NCBI GenBank assembly: GCA_902560445.1
Contig: CACELO010000004.1
Location: 9,170-73,169, forward strand
Length of the DNA stretch: 64,000 bases
Direction of reading: 5' to 3'
Source: an uncultured Candidatus Poseidoniales archaeon
Lineage (GTDB): Archaea; Thermoplasmatota; Poseidoniia; Poseidoniales; Thalassarchaeaceae
Below are positions 1 to 8,103 of the stretch, piece by piece. The notes under the pieces were generated by a model that saw only the letters and a program-made list of their open reading frames with translations, was not told the origin of the DNA and did not search any database. Positions within the stretch are counted from its first letter, which is position 1, and every line of letters begins with the position of its first letter. The position numbers and the translations under genes were made by a program.

Positions 1-1474
1 CTCCATCCTTGATGCTTGTACCCGGGAGCTTCCATTTCGAGACCAGGAAGGGCTTGGCGGGATCAGTTGTATCTATGGTCCAAATGAATCCTGTGTGGTT
101 TTCGTTGGAACCATATTCCGGAGCGATGTAAGTGTAGTGCCTCCAATTCTCACTGTATGTAGAATCAGTAGGTCCTGTTCCACAATGTTCAGGCCAAGTC
201 TCTACAGGGTCATACTCACTGATTCCCGAACAAATAAGATTGTCTTGTGGGACCGCATAGTGGATATTGTCATTTCCATCATTTGCATTCAACCAAACAT
301 CTGGATCCATGTTTGCATGGCCACCGCCATCAGGTCCATACCATCCTGCATCATCTGTGGGGCAACCGAGCCAGCGGCCGGTTTCAGGAGGCCAGGAAAT
401 GCCTAGAGGGTCTGCAATTTGAGGTGGTTCTGATACATCAACAAGCCTCAATCCTGCACCCCAGTATGAAACTGCCAACATCTTTTGTTTGGTTATCGGG
501 TGAATGAAAAACACATTATCGTGATTAAAAATAGATCCACCACAAGTTGTCTGTGGTTCAGGAGTGTATCCACCCCAACGAATGATTTCTCTGCTTGCGT
601 TTTGTTGTTCATTGTTGTTTGTGGGATTCAGTCCCTCGAAATCGATTAGTGCATAGAACACTTGAGTGCCTTTGTAGAATGTTCCACTGGATCCTTCAAC
701 CATTTCCGGATAAGGATCCGCTCCGAATAGGAAAAGGTGACAATCATCTTGCCACAGGGCAGTTGGATTTGCAGGCTCCCAGTCGCAATAGACATGCAAA
801 TCTTGGTTGTGGAATCCTGCTGGAGGGTTATCCCATTCGGCGACCTTGATTGGACTTGTCTTGTCTCCAACATAAATCAGGTCAAGTCTATTTGCTCCAC
901 TGTTGGCATCGTCATCATTTGGAATTGGATCTAGTTCTGAGTTGGTTAATTCGTGATTTACCAAAACCCAATTATTGTCTGAGGTCACCTTGATATCAAT
1001 CATTCTGGCTATTTCTGCGTAGTAAGTTGACAGTAGTCGGATATCGTTAGGCCTGCTGATATCAAGTATTTCGAATTGGTTGTATGAAGACACGTATGCG
1101 AAGCATCCACCTGTTCCATCTCCGTAAATTTCACAATCATCTAGGAAATTCCCTTCGATTGCGATTTCTGAATTATCTCCAGGAGTAGGTCCTGTATTCT
1201 TGAATTCATCAAAACAAGGCCTTCCAGCTACGTTATCCAATTCTGCTGGAGGTTTGACATTTCCATCACAATTCAGGTTGTGATAATCAATAAGCTGAGC
1301 ATTTGGAGTTGCAAGCCTGTGAGCAAGTAAATCATTGTGGGAGTGATTTCCATCTTCGATTTCAGTGACGGGATCAATCCATTCCCAACTCTCTGAATCA
1401 TCGGCATCGGGTTCGAATACGCCAATACAACCACTTAGTGGCGCTGCAAGCATAAGGAAAGTCATCAGAATCAT
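1..1474 (-). CDS. LVIVD-repeat beta-propeller-like secreted protein or lipoprotein, truncated at the left window edge
   Basis: It is absent from the ORF track because it runs off the edge. My translation of the minus frame from ATG at 1474 gives MILMTFLMLAAPLSGCIGV (signal or lipobox-like). The frame stayed open in the stretches I checked (2-121, 602-715, 1451-1474). The visible C-terminal part reads ...FIWTIDTTDPAKPFLVSKWKLPG. It is similar in style to the neighbouring 597-aa protein. Confidence 0.7.
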   Translation of the reverse strand, partial: MILMTFLMLAAPLSGCIGVFEPDADDSESWEWIDPVTEIEDGNHSHNDLLAHRLATPNAQLIDYHNLNCDGNVKPPAELDNVAGRPCFDEFKNTGPTPGDNSEIAIEGNFLDDCEIYGDGTGGCFAYVSSYNQFEILDISRPNDIRLLSTYYAEIARMIDIKVTSDNNWVLVNHELTNSELDPIPNDDDANSGANRLDLIYVGDKTSPIKVAEWDNPPAGFHNQDLHVYCDWEPANPTALWQDDCHLFLFGADPYPEMVEGSSGTFYKGTQVFYALIDFEGLNPTNNNEQQNASREIIRWGGYTPEPQTTCGGSIFNHDNVFFIHPITKQKMLAVSYWGAGLRLVDVSEPPQIADPLGISWPPETGRWLGCPTDDAGWYGPDGGGHANMDPDVWLNANDGNDNIHYAVPQDNLICSGISEYDPVETWPEHCGTGPTDSTYSENWRHYTYIAPEYGSNENHTGFIWTIDTTDPAKPFLVSKWKLPGTSIKDG

Positions 1475-1561
1475 GGGGTTTAGATAACTACGAGTCACGT
1501 TCTCACCATTGGCTGTGGCTTTGGCGGTATTCGTCTAGCAATTGAATGCAACGGTCCTAAG

Positions 1562-1580
1562 CGCCCTCTAAGAGAGGGCG
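1562..1580 (-). terminator. GC-rich hairpin downstream of the 1604-3397 gene (CGCCCTCT-AAG-AGAGGGCG)
   Basis: Perfect 8-bp inverted repeat with a 3-nt loop, about 25 nt past the stop codon at 1604-1606. There is no clear oligo-T tract. Confidence 0.3.
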
Positions 1581-1603
1581 GGATTTAGTGACATTCTGGT
1601 TAG

Positions 1604-3397
1604 TTATGTTTTCAGAGGAATGCCATATGGTGCATCAATATCGAGTTGGACAATGTATAGTCCAGTTGTGATACAGGAAAGATAGGTGTATCCGTCGTGA
1701 TATTCAGCTGCCCACAGGAATGGAGTCCATCCAAAGTCGTAGTACGAACTATCCAGAGGGACTCCGTCTTGACCATGAGGTAAGTGATAACCAATCGTAG
1801 CTTCCATATGAGCCACTGAACGATTCTTTCCATCTTCTAAACCTAAAACCATCAGAGTTTCAATGTCTACAACCCATAATCCTGCGTGGTAACTCGAGAG
1901 ATATATTCGACCATCCCATGCCCCTCCATAGCTATGATCTGGCATATTTGGCAGACCGGTTTGGAAGATTTCATGGTCAGCATTGTGGGGGCTGAAGAGT
2001 AACCATTCTTCTCCGGATGGGATGAAATGGTCCTCGGCAAAAGGAATCTCATAACCATGGATTAACTTCGGCATGAAAGTGACTTTTCCGTTCAATACTT
2101 CGTAATCGGTGGTGTCCAACAAATATCCCATACCTGTTCCGATTTCAGTCGAAAGTACTTCAGTGGCTAGGAAAGTCATGTGCATTTTTCCAGCAGGATA
2201 GCCTAAGTGACTTGCATCTACCATTTTGTCAATTGGTTCGGCGTAGTGAATGTAAGAGGCACGTCCACCATTTTCATTGCTGGTGCAACCACAATCCATT
2301 TCTCCGTCTCCATCAAGATCGGCGAATTCCATCCAGGCCCCAACTTCAGGTGCTCTCCATGTACAGCCGGCTTGAGTGCCGCCGGACATACGACATAGCG
2401 AACCGTGCCAGAGATATTGTTCTGGACTATTTTGAGGATGAGGGACATCACTCACATCGAAGATTCTCAGACCGGCTTCCCAGTATGCTCCATAGACGTA
2501 GGTACGGCCGTAGCGAGGGTCACTCTGGTCCTCACCAGGCCAAGTCTGGACGGTCATATCATGAATGTAGATCCAACCTCCAAGAGTAGTTTCCCAACTT
2601 ACTTCTGCTTCGCCCACCTTTACAATTCTAGGCAAGTCACCCCAAAGTCCGAAGTTCAGATGAGCGATGGTAATTCCACCACAGGCATCTCCCTGGCCAA
2701 CATCACAGGCTTCGTAATCTGGATTCGCCACAAAAATGTACCATTCTCCATCAATCATGTGGGTGTAGAGGTTGTGAGGTCCACTTGGATGATCTGCATC
2801 ATACCAAGCATCGACAAACGTAGGTTCGGTCTTGTCAGTGACATCAACCAAAGTCACGGTAACTTGAGCAGGGTCTCCCCACTGACCAACATTAGGATCT
2901 GCATTGCCGGCATCTACCAATTGATTCTGAACAATAATGTATTCACGACCATTGTATTCCAGATATTTCACATCCAAAACTTGTGTATTTGGATCGATGT
3001 ATACTCCAGTTACAGTGGTATTTGCTGGATTTGTCACATCGACAATATGCATTTCTGACCATCCGGCGAGGTAGGCATAGGTTCGACCATCGGGGGAATC
3101 GGCCACTTGCACTTCGGCATTGCCTGGTGCAGTTAGTGGGTTGAATGAAACAGGTTGGATATTATCGGTGTAGAAGACGTGTTGACTCGCATTTCGATGG
3201 TCATGCCCCTCGTCGTATTGAACCAATGGGTCAATCATTGAAGACGGACCATCTGAGGTCAGCGATTCTCCATCTTCGAGCATCATTATCGCCACTCCTC
3301 CAATTAGAAGAGTAACCGCTAATCCCACTGCGATAAGGAGCCGCTCGGTATCCATCATCCGCTTACCGTCCGAGTCATGTTGAAGTCTTTGCCCCAT
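1604..3397 (-). CDS. LVIVD-repeat protein with an N-terminal membrane anchor
   Basis: 597-aa ORF. Recurrent LVIVD-type strands: MHIVDVTNP, TLVDVTDKTEP, LRIFDVSDVPHP, GLWVVDIETL, GLYIVQLDI. N-terminal TM LLIAVGLAVTLLIGGVAIMML. An alternative start at MMDTERL (3358) is possible, because only 11 bp separate it from the divergent 3409 gene. Confidence 0.8.
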   Translation of the reverse strand: MGQRLQHDSDGKRMMDTERLLIAVGLAVTLLIGGVAIMMLEDGESLTSDGPSSMIDPLVQYDEGHDHRNASQHVFYTDNIQPVSFNPLTAPGNAEVQVADSPDGRTYAYLAGWSEMHIVDVTNPANTTVTGVYIDPNTQVLDVKYLEYNGREYIIVQNQLVDAGNADPNVGQWGDPAQVTVTLVDVTDKTEPTFVDAWYDADHPSGPHNLYTHMIDGEWYIFVANPDYEACDVGQGDACGGITIAHLNFGLWGDLPRIVKVGEAEVSWETTLGGWIYIHDMTVQTWPGEDQSDPRYGRTYVYGAYWEAGLRIFDVSDVPHPQNSPEQYLWHGSLCRMSGGTQAGCTWRAPEVGAWMEFADLDGDGEMDCGCTSNENGGRASYIHYAEPIDKMVDASHLGYPAGKMHMTFLATEVLSTEIGTGMGYLLDTTDYEVLNGKVTFMPKLIHGYEIPFAEDHFIPSGEEWLLFSPHNADHEIFQTGLPNMPDHSYGGAWDGRIYLSSYHAGLWVVDIETLMVLGLEDGKNRSVAHMEATIGYHLPHGQDGVPLDSSYYDFGWTPFLWAAEYHDGYTYLSCITTGLYIVQLDIDAPYGIPLKT

Positions 3398-3408
3398 TAC
3401 GGAGAGTC

Positions 3409-4014
3409 ATGAAGCGTGCTGGCTGGTTGCTTGTAGTAGTGACATTGAGCCTTCTAGTAAGCTCATCTGTGACTGCTCATGATCAAAAGGAGTACACAGT
3501 AATCCTTGGCTCTGAAGGTGCTATACCTTCGTCGATTGATGCTGGCATACTCGTCGAAACCGATTCTATTTTCTTCCGTAATCATGACTCGAGAGAAAAT
3601 GCAAGCCACAGAATTCTAATCGATGCTGATTCCGATGGTTCATTCGATTCTGTTGATGATATCTACACTGATTGGATGTACACGTCCTGTGAATTAAACG
3701 AAACTGGTCACAAGGTCGACGAAAGTTGTAACACATCTACAACGGTCCTTTTAGCACCTGAAAATGGCTTACTTCCAGGTAATATATCAATGATTCATGA
3801 GATAAAATTCTACGAACAAGTCACTCAAGCTCCGTTTTATGCTTTATTCTCGATAGACGACCACAGCCAACAAAATACACTTATCCCACAAGAGCCCGAA
3901 ACACCTACTGACTCAGAAGAATCAGATTCTCTTCTCAGAGGTATCGTGGTGATTACAGCAGGAGTTTCCATTTTTCTCGTCTCACTATTGATTTCTCCTC
4001 GAACCGATAACTGA
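3409..4014 (+). CDS. Hypothetical secreted protein with a C-terminal membrane anchor
   Basis: 201-aa ORF. GGAGAG lies 3 nt upstream of the ATG. Signal peptide MKRAGWLLVVVTLSLLVSSSVTA. C-terminal TM GIVVITAGVSIFLVSLLI. I recognise no family. Confidence 0.55.
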   Translation: MKRAGWLLVVVTLSLLVSSSVTAHDQKEYTVILGSEGAIPSSIDAGILVETDSIFFRNHDSRENASHRILIDADSDGSFDSVDDIYTDWMYTSCELNETGHKVDESCNTSTTVLLAPENGLLPGNISMIHEIKFYEQVTQAPFYALFSIDDHSQQNTLIPQEPETPTDSEESDSLLRGIVVITAGVSIFLVSLLISPRTDN

Positions 4015-4069
4015 GACTCTCTTTACGACGGTCGAACTCAAGAACCCCGGCTCGGTCGGCGGACTCACG

Positions 4070-4146
4070 GGGCGCTTAGCTCAGCTTGGAAGAGCACCTG
4101 GTTTGCAACCAGGGGGCCGGGGGTTCAAATCCCCCAGCGTCCACCA
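4070..4146 (+). tRNA. tRNA-Ala (anticodon TGC), CCA encoded
   Basis: Hand-folded cloverleaf. Acceptor GGGCGCT/AGCGTCC with the G3:U70 alanine identity pair. D-stem GCTC/GAGC. Anticodon stem CCTGG/CCAGG with loop TTTGCAA. T-arm GGGGG-TTCAAAT-CCCCC. Discriminator A followed by CCA. Confidence 0.95.
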
Positions 4147-4150
4147 TCAA
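4134..4150. repeat. Direct repeat copy 1 (CCAGCGTCCACCATCAA), the 3' end of tRNA-Ala plus 4 nt
   Basis: Exact 17-mer, found again at 6924-6940. Confidence 0.9.
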
Positions 4151-4221
4151 CTAACACTGGCGGAATCCGACAAGATTAGGAATTAGTAACCATAATACAT
4201 CTTCCTGCCAGATTGTAACTC

Positions 4222-6861
4222 ATGGCGAAGACAGGACTGACTAGATGGTTTAAAGAAACTAGAATTCAGGATACTCTGGAAGTGGGCGGAAAAGGTGCTT
4301 CGCTCGGCGAAATGTTTCAGAAACTGTCAGAATCCGGCGTCAAAGTACCCAATGGATTCACCCTCACCACAGAAGCATTCTCAAGATTCCTGAATTCTGA
4401 AATTCCCGAAAAGACATGGGACAATGTACGAAATCCTCAGGGAATGGAGGGCGTGAGGAACGAGGCCATCAAGGCGAAAACACTGGCCGACGCACTGGAG
4501 GTCTCTCTAAGAGATACGGATCCGAGCAAGGAGCTCGACCTGAATGGCAGGGCAGCACTCGCAAGGTCTCTCGTGAGGGAAACTCCCGTTCCTGAATCCG
4601 TCAGGAAGGCAATCGCGTCTGAATATGGTAAACTGTGTGATATCTATTACCCGGGAGTGGACGTCGCGGTCAGATCATCTGCGACAACTGAAGACTCCAA
4701 GGAGGCATCGTTTGCCGGACAGTACGAGTCATTCCTAAATGTAAGCGGAGAGGTTGAGATTGTCGAAAAGTGGAGGCGATGTATTGCTAGTATGTTCACT
4801 GAGCGCTCAGTTGGATACCATCTTGAGAACGGCCTTCACCCCCTAGATAGCGCCGTCGCGGTGGTTGTTATGAAAATGGCAAGATCGGACAAAGCTTGTT
4901 CGGGGGTCATGTTCACCATAGACCCGGATTCCGGACACGAGGGAGTTATCCACATCGCGTCCTCATACGGCTTAGGTGAGCTTGTGGTGCAAGGTGTTGT
5001 TATTCCTGACACATTTACGTTATGGAAGAAGGGCCTTAGTAAGGGCAAGTCAGCGATAGTACACAGGACACTTGGCTCGAAGGAGCAGATGCTCGTCTAT
5101 GACGACGAACTGGCCAACGAGGTATCCTCTGTTAGAGTTCCCATAGACATGAGGAAGAGGTGGTCGTTGGATAGTAACGAATGCGTGAAACTGGGGGGGA
5201 TGGCGGTCTTGATAGAGAAATACTTCGACCGGCCAATGGACATTGAGTGGGCCAAAGATGGTGTTGACGATGAGATATACATCGTCCAGGCAAGACCCGA
5301 AACAATACACTCTAAAACAGAAGGCAACAAGATTCTGATGTATAAGATAGATGAGAAAATCGCATCGAATCTGAAGCGCCAGGGTCGTGTAATCGCATCG
5401 GGACAGGCCGTTGGGAAAAGGATTGGAGTGGGAAAAGTCAGAATCTTCAGATCATATTCGGAAGTCCTGGACAAGAGGAGGGAGTTCGGGAAATTGCTAG
5501 ATAGTGGACTCTCAACAGAAGAGATATCAGACGAAATGGCGGTCTTCCAAAACGGGGACGTACTCGTCACGGAGATGACTACTCCAGACTGGGAGCCGTT
5601 GATGAAAAAATCATCACTGATTATCACTAGAAAGGGCGGTAGGACATCCCATGCTGCTATTATAGCCAGGGAGTTCGGAATTCCCGCAATTGTGGGATGC
5701 TCAGATGCTATGGAAATACCCGAGTTGACGGAGGTTACAGGAAGCTGTGCGGAGGGAGACACGGGCTACGTTTATTCGGGAGCTGTCCCCTTCGAAATAG
5801 AGGAGTTTTCCATAGACGAGGACGAGATACTTGAGACCAAAATTAAACTCAACGTAGGGTTTCCTACCAAATCTTTGGCAGACTCGATGCTACCTGTAGA
5901 TGGAGTTGGATTGGCGAGAATAGAGTTCATACTTTCCTCGGAATTAGGAATTCACCCTCTTGCGTTCGTCCATCATGATGAACTAAGGATTTATGCCGAA
6001 TCGGGCGAAGTCTCTGACAGTCTCAGGCCCTACAGAGAAGTATTAGAGATAGCAGATGCCAACGAGGTAAAAACGGTTGTAGAATCATTGGAAAAGAGGG
6101 CTTGGGCGTATCCCGAAAAAAAGGGCCTTTTCATTGATAAACTCAGGGAGGGAGTAGGGCTAATTTGCGCCGCATTTTATCCAAGGCCAGTTCTCGTACG
6201 GTTATCCGACTTCAAATCGAACGAATATAGGGAATTGTTGGGCGGTTGGATCTTTGAGCCGATTGAGGAGAATCCAATGATCGCCTGGAGAGGCGCTTCT
6301 AGGTACATGGATGACAAGTTCAGACCCGCGTTTGAGATGGAGTTGGAGGCCATGAGGTCTGTGAAAGAAGAGTTCGGCTTGGACAATCTACAACTCATGG
6401 TACCATTCTGCAGAACCCCTGAAGAGGGAGAGATGGTCACCGAACTATTGAATCAGAAGGGAATCGGGCCCGACTCAGGAACCGACCTCTTCGTAATGGT
6501 GGAGTTGCCCTCAAATGTCATAGAGGCAGATCGCTTCATCGAGATGATGGGGCTCTCTGGTGGCTCGATAGGATCGAACGACCTAGTGCAGACGGTTTAC
6601 GCCGTTTCGAGAGACGACTTGGAGGGCTATCAGAACCCGATTGACGCGCGCTCTCCTTCGGTGAAATCTATGATTAGGCAAATAGTCGAGAAGTTCAACT
6701 CCCGAGGTCTGGAGATAGGGATATGCGGGCAAGCACCCTCTGATTTCCCAGATGAATTCCCGCCTTTCCTCATCGATTGCGGCATTACTAGCATCTCGGT
6801 AACACCAGATACTGCCGTCGCTGTGAGAGCCACGGTAGCAGAAGCTGAAAGAAAATCCTAG
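4222..6861 (+). CDS. ppsA: Phosphoenolpyruvate synthase (pyruvate, water dikinase)
   Basis: 879-aa ORF. N-terminal ATP-grasp signature GGKGASLGEM. Central phosphohistidine swivel region TRKGGRTSHAAIIAREFGIPAIVG. C-terminal PEP-utilizing TIM barrel (GSIGSNDLVQ). AGG and AGA Arg codons are much commoner here than in neighbouring genes. Confidence 0.95.
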   Translation: MAKTGLTRWFKETRIQDTLEVGGKGASLGEMFQKLSESGVKVPNGFTLTTEAFSRFLNSEIPEKTWDNVRNPQGMEGVRNEAIKAKTLADALEVSLRDTDPSKELDLNGRAALARSLVRETPVPESVRKAIASEYGKLCDIYYPGVDVAVRSSATTEDSKEASFAGQYESFLNVSGEVEIVEKWRRCIASMFTERSVGYHLENGLHPLDSAVAVVVMKMARSDKACSGVMFTIDPDSGHEGVIHIASSYGLGELVVQGVVIPDTFTLWKKGLSKGKSAIVHRTLGSKEQMLVYDDELANEVSSVRVPIDMRKRWSLDSNECVKLGGMAVLIEKYFDRPMDIEWAKDGVDDEIYIVQARPETIHSKTEGNKILMYKIDEKIASNLKRQGRVIASGQAVGKRIGVGKVRIFRSYSEVLDKRREFGKLLDSGLSTEEISDEMAVFQNGDVLVTEMTTPDWEPLMKKSSLIITRKGGRTSHAAIIAREFGIPAIVGCSDAMEIPELTEVTGSCAEGDTGYVYSGAVPFEIEEFSIDEDEILETKIKLNVGFPTKSLADSMLPVDGVGLARIEFILSSELGIHPLAFVHHDELRIYAESGEVSDSLRPYREVLEIADANEVKTVVESLEKRAWAYPEKKGLFIDKLREGVGLICAAFYPRPVLVRLSDFKSNEYRELLGGWIFEPIEENPMIAWRGASRYMDDKFRPAFEMELEAMRSVKEEFGLDNLQLMVPFCRTPEEGEMVTELLNQKGIGPDSGTDLFVMVELPSNVIEADRFIEMMGLSGGSIGSNDLVQTVYAVSRDDLEGYQNPIDARSPSVKSMIRQIVEKFNSRGLEIGICGQAPSDFPDEFPPFLIDCGITSISVTPDTAVAVRATVAEAERKS

Positions 6862-6916
6862 TTTTAACAAAAAATAAACTGTGGTCGTTTCTTTACAACT
6901 CTGTCAGCCCAGGCAC

Positions 6917-6932
6917 GGACGCTCCAGCGTCC
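6917..6932. terminator. Hairpin GGACGCT-CC-AGCGTCC between the convergent ppsA and tfb genes (tRNA-Ala acceptor-stem look-alike)
   Basis: 7-nt arms are exact reverse complements. The hairpin lies between the ppsA stop (6861) and the tfb stop (6937). Its 3' arm is part of the 17-bp repeat. Confidence 0.35.
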
Positions 6933-6940
6933 ACCATCAA
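6924..6940. repeat. Direct repeat copy 2 (CCAGCGTCCACCATCAA)
   Basis: Exact match to 4134-4150. It overlaps the tfb stop codon (6937-6939). Confidence 0.9.
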
Positions 6941-7962
6941 GCTTCAATCCGAGGGGCAAGCTGATTGAGGATCTTCAGCAAGCCACGAAGAGTTACTTCG
7001 CTAATTCCTGACACCTTACAAACTTCACTTTGGGTTCGGGGTGAAGTGCTCTCTTGGGAGACACGATAAAGAATAACTCCAGCAATACCGGAAGGCTTCT
7101 TTCCTTGCCAAGATAGGTCTTCTCCAACCTTCTTCCACATGTCTCGAGCCGCACCTAGTACAGCAGGAGGTAGTTGTAGGTCTGAATGGAACTTTTCGAA
7201 GTACTCTTGTGGCCCTGTAATGTGATGTGTACCCAAATTTCTCGCAACCAACCTAATAGTTCTCTTGAGCTCCTTTTGTTCGACTTCAGTTCTCATATCG
7301 AATGCTTCTGCAATCTCCTCAATTTTCCTAGGAATTCTTGCTTCGCGCGCTGCGATGTAAACACAAGCAGCAGATACACCACGAATACTTCGACCAGTAA
7401 CTAAGCCACGTTCTACAGAGTGCCGGTAAAGAGAAGCAGCCTGTTGTTCAATCTGTGGAGTTAAGTCTCCACGATCTCGGATGAATTGCATAGCAGTTGT
7501 CAAGTTGCGCGCACGCGAGTCCCTGGTCTTACTTCGCTGGTCTATGCGCTGACGCCTTCGCCAGTCGCGAGCAGACTTTCCAGTTATTCCGTGACGCTTT
7601 GCGGCCCCGGAAGTCAAGTCGGACCGACTAATTTCAGTAGACAGTCCTTTGTCCGAAATTGTCAACGTTGTTGGCGCACCAACTCTACTTCGATCCGCTG
7701 CGTCAGAATGGTTCACCCATTCTGCACCAGGGTCAATCATATTCTGCGCCGCTACAAATCCACAAACAGCACAACTGGTTTCACCACGCACTACATCCGT
7801 ATCCCATTCGTCACTTCCACAAACTTCGCAGGCACCAGATACAATCTCGGTATTCCTAGCTTGTGAAGGGCGTACACCACTTACAAACGATTTCTTTCTC
7901 TTTGTGTCTGTCATAGTACTCTTCTCCTCAGTCTGTTGGCGCTCAGTGTGTCGTTCGCTCAT
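6937..7962 (-). CDS. tfb: Transcription initiation factor B (TFIIB homologue)
   Basis: 341-aa ORF. Zn-ribbon CEVCGSDEW...CAVCGFV. B-reader/linker and two cyclin-fold repeats (SAACVYIAAREARIPRKIEEIA ... GIAGVILYRVSQESTSPRTQSEV). About 44 aa of basic N-terminal extension. Confidence 0.95.
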   Translation of the reverse strand: MSERHTERQQTEEKSTMTDTKRKKSFVSGVRPSQARNTEIVSGACEVCGSDEWDTDVVRGETSCAVCGFVAAQNMIDPGAEWVNHSDAADRSRVGAPTTLTISDKGLSTEISRSDLTSGAAKRHGITGKSARDWRRRQRIDQRSKTRDSRARNLTTAMQFIRDRGDLTPQIEQQAASLYRHSVERGLVTGRSIRGVSAACVYIAAREARIPRKIEEIAEAFDMRTEVEQKELKRTIRLVARNLGTHHITGPQEYFEKFHSDLQLPPAVLGAARDMWKKVGEDLSWQGKKPSGIAGVILYRVSQESTSPRTQSEVCKVSGISEVTLRGLLKILNQLAPRIEA

Positions 7963-7994
7963 GTTAACTCTTGGTTGTATAATTCAACTTATCA

Positions 7995-8003
7995 TTTATA
8001 TAA
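7995..8003. promoter_or_regulatory. Candidate TATA box (TTTATATAA) in the tfb/gcvT divergent intergenic region
   Basis: Near-palindromic AT-rich element about 37 nt upstream of the tfb ATG. A second TATA-like CTATATGTTA lies at 8011-8020 facing gcvT. This rests on position alone. Confidence 0.25.
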
Positions 8004-8103
8004 CTTTGTCCTATATGTTAGTATGATTTTTTCTAAAATCGCGCCATTGCACTCTAATCTGCCAATAGAGAGATTCTTGCGCCTATCGCCTCCGCAATAG
8101 GTT

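Noticed and set aside
95-934. Several 65-103-aa ORFs listed at the left edge on both strands.
   Set aside because: They are explained by a single minus-strand gene (1-1474) that is open at the window edge and therefore missing from the ORF track.
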